DNA of 64,000 nt from Azolla caroliniana (taxonomy: Eukaryota > Plantae > Polypodiophyta): assembly GCA_043228905.1 (NCBI GenBank), contig JBHGNT010000012.1, positions 6,572,001-6,636,000 of the forward strand, in the 5' to 3' direction. Of this stretch, positions 61,520 to 64,000 are shown one piece after another. The first letter of the stretch is position 1, and each line of letters begins with the position of its first letter. The notes beneath the pieces were generated by a model. It had not been told where the DNA came from. It ran no database searches and saw only the letters and a program-made list of their open reading frames with translations. A program made the translations under genes and the position numbers.

Positions 61520-64000
61520 TGTTGGCATAAAAGGCCGACTCCTTCCAAATTGTATCCTTAAGTGTGAACACGTCCTCAAGTTAGGGCTTGAGTATATATA
61601 AGCTCAAATGTAACATTGTAGAGAGAGAGTGAGAGTTACAGAAGAGAATAACAAGTTTCCATTAGAGCTTCATTTGAGTTCTCTTAGTTCTCACATTCCT
61701 TCATATTGTGCACATTCTCTTTGTCTTGTACATGTTGTTTGTCTGACATCATCTTGCAGGTCCTCAAATATTCTTCCACATATCACCTTCAACATTTGGT
61801 ATTAGAGTGACCTTGTTGACCAGTGGCAACGAATAGTAGAAAGCTGAAAAAAGAAAAGACCATGCCAACAAAACCTCACTTCCAAAATATGGCTTCTACA
61901 TTCGACACAAACGTGGAAATCCGGAAGTCTGACGGAAAGAACTTTGCTCTATGGAAGGAGATGATGCAGGATGTACTGATCATCCGACGTCAAATCGAGA
62001 TACGACACAACAACAAGCCGACCTCGATCACAACAGACGAATGGTGCTCCTTGGACGAGATAGCCAGGTCTATCATTCGAATGCACCTGGCCAAAAACGT
62101 CTATTTCAACATGGCCAAGGAGATAACGACATTCTCTTTGTGGGAGAAACTTCAAGCCGTTTAGGAGAAGAAGTCTTCCTCGTCCTTGCCCTCATGTCGA
62201 GCTTGTCAGCGAGTTGGGAGGTTGTTACGGGATATTATATGGTCATGCCCGTAACATAATATCCTGTGGTGAGAATTTACCGTAGTATTCTATACACATG
62301 GATAAAGTATGGTCATGCATGTAACAGAGGTATTTTGCATGACATTTGCCAACAACTGTCCAAAATTGAATCTAGACGAAATGATCGGACAAGTCCTCAA
62401 TGAGGATATTCGCCGAAAATTGATGGGTCTCACCATCAATGATTTAGTAGAAGCCCATCACTCGATTGAGTCCACGGAGAGAGCCAACCGAAGTCCCAAT
62501 TGATTGAGAAGGAGGGATAATCGACAATGGTCGAAGTCGAGGAATAGTCGATCAAGTGTTTTCTACACCCATTGCCGAAACCCTGGTCACAATGTTTCCG
62601 ATTGCTGGTCAATAAAAAGAAAGTAGAATGTTCGACGATTTGATCAAACACAAGGACACTCCAATTCGAACCGTTCTATTGCTAGAAACCAAGTAAATGT
62701 TGCTGACTCCCGATCGAATGCACCTAGCTGAAAATGTCTATTTCAACATGGCCAAGGAGACAACGTGATTCTCTTTGTAGGAGAAGCTTCAGACCGTTTA
62801 GGAGAAGAAGTCTTCCTCGTCGAAATGCATATTGATTCGATAATGGTTCAATATGAAGACGAGAGAGACGGATTCGATGACCTCCCACATTAACAAATTC
62901 AACCGAGTGTTGTTTGAGCTCTTCTCCCAAGGGATTAACTTCAAAGAAGTTAAAGCCCTTGCCCTCATGTCGAGGATTCTGCACGACATTCGCCAACAAT
63001 AGTCAAAAATTGAATCTGGACAAAACGATCGGACATGTCCTCACTGAGGATATTCAACGAAAATCGATGGGTCTCACCATCAATGATTCAGGATAATCCC
63101 CTCACTCGACCAAGTTAGTAGAGAGAGCCAATTGAAGTCCCAACTAATTGAGAAGAAGGGATAATCGGCAATGGTCAAAGTTGAGGAATAGTCGATCAAG
63201 TGTTTTCTGCACCAATTGTAGAAAGCTTGGTCACAATGTTTCCATCTTTTGGTCAATAAAAAGAAAAGAGAACGGTCAGTGATTTGATCGGACACAAGGA
63301 CACTCCGATTCAAACCGTTCTACTACTAGCAACCAAGTAAATGTTGCTGACTCCCGATAAGGAGAAATCCTTTCTCTAGAGGACGCTACGATCAGAGAAG
63401 TCTTATATAGTGCACATTATGCATCAACATGGTTGTTGGACTCCGGTGTCACCTTTCACGTGACCTTGGATATCGAATGGTTTTCGAAATATTCGGCCGG
63501 AGCCGGCGGCATAGTTCGACTCAGAAATGGGCAAGAATGTGCAATAGCAGGGATTGGCGAGATCCCCATTCAATTACCAAACGACAATTCAATCATCTTG
63601 CACCAAGTATGGCATGTACTTGAGCTAAAAAGGAGCCTGATCTCCATTGGCATGCTAGCTGAAGCCAAGTATCCAATAACTCTAAGTGAGTCATCATGGA
63701 TGATCAACCGAGGAAATATGAAAATCGCATGCGAATACAGTTACAACAACTTGTATCCGCTGATGGCGATAAGTTCAGATGGGGTTGTGAATGTAGCCGA
63801 TTTGTCATATGTCCCAAGCCGGACTCGACCAACTAATGATGATTGGCTACATCTTGAAGCTCTAGATAAAGACGGAATTCTGCGAGCATTGTCGTTACGG
63901 GGAAACATACTCGAAGTCCGCACTCTCTCCATTACCAGACGACAAGAAAACCCCTAGAATTGGTCCACAACGATACATGTGGGCCGATGCATGAAAGGTC
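61520..64000 (+). mobile_element. Copia (Tnt1/Tork-like) 5' half: LTR 61520-61794, PBS, gag with internal duplication, protease, integrase start
   Basis: TGTTGG..TCAACA LTR; PBS TGGTATTAGAG; gag DGKNFALWKEMMQDVL; protease WLLDSGVTFHV; LELVHNDTCGPM. The gag block 62078-62714 is duplicated at 62715-63358. Confidence 0.9.
62223..62326. mobile_element. 104-bp TG..CA mini-element (solo-LTR or TRIM-like) inserted in Copia gag
   Basis: Termini TGTTAC/GTAACA with a perfect 5-bp TSD GAGGT (62218-62222, 62327-62331). Removing it restores the gag frame SLSASWEVFCMTFAN. Confidence 0.85.

Overview
Eukaryotic nuclear DNA from a land plant, probably a seed-free vascular plant such as a fern (inferred from gene and transposon content). 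Four convincing protein genes: (1) a plastid-targeted Mpv17/PMP22-family gene (- strand, 7 exons, 16559-5934, with an 8.5-kb TE-filled last intron); (2) an intronless two-domain fasciclin-like arabinogalactan protein (26551-27930, +); (3) a complete ATR checkpoint kinase gene (- strand, 15 exons, 55295-30415, about 2736 aa, with a 13.2-kb TE-filled intron 3); (4) an intronless putative plastid protein of unknown function resembling a cyanobacterial hypothetical family (57406-58239, +). There is also a possible small acidic orphan gene. The rest is decayed Copia, Gypsy, L1, RTE/RTEX-like and hAT-like elements, microsatellites, tandem duplications and a mitochondrial rrn26 NUMT. Most notable structures: a cluster of about eight tRNA-like units separated by (GA)n, possibly an undescribed SINE; a twin-primed 5'-inverted L1 in a four-level TE nest inside ATR; a perfect 72-bp palindrome just downstream of ATR; repeated stem-loop+(CTTT)n LINE tails; and a 104-bp TG..CA mini-element with a 5-bp TSD. 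All homology calls come from reading motifs, not from database searches.
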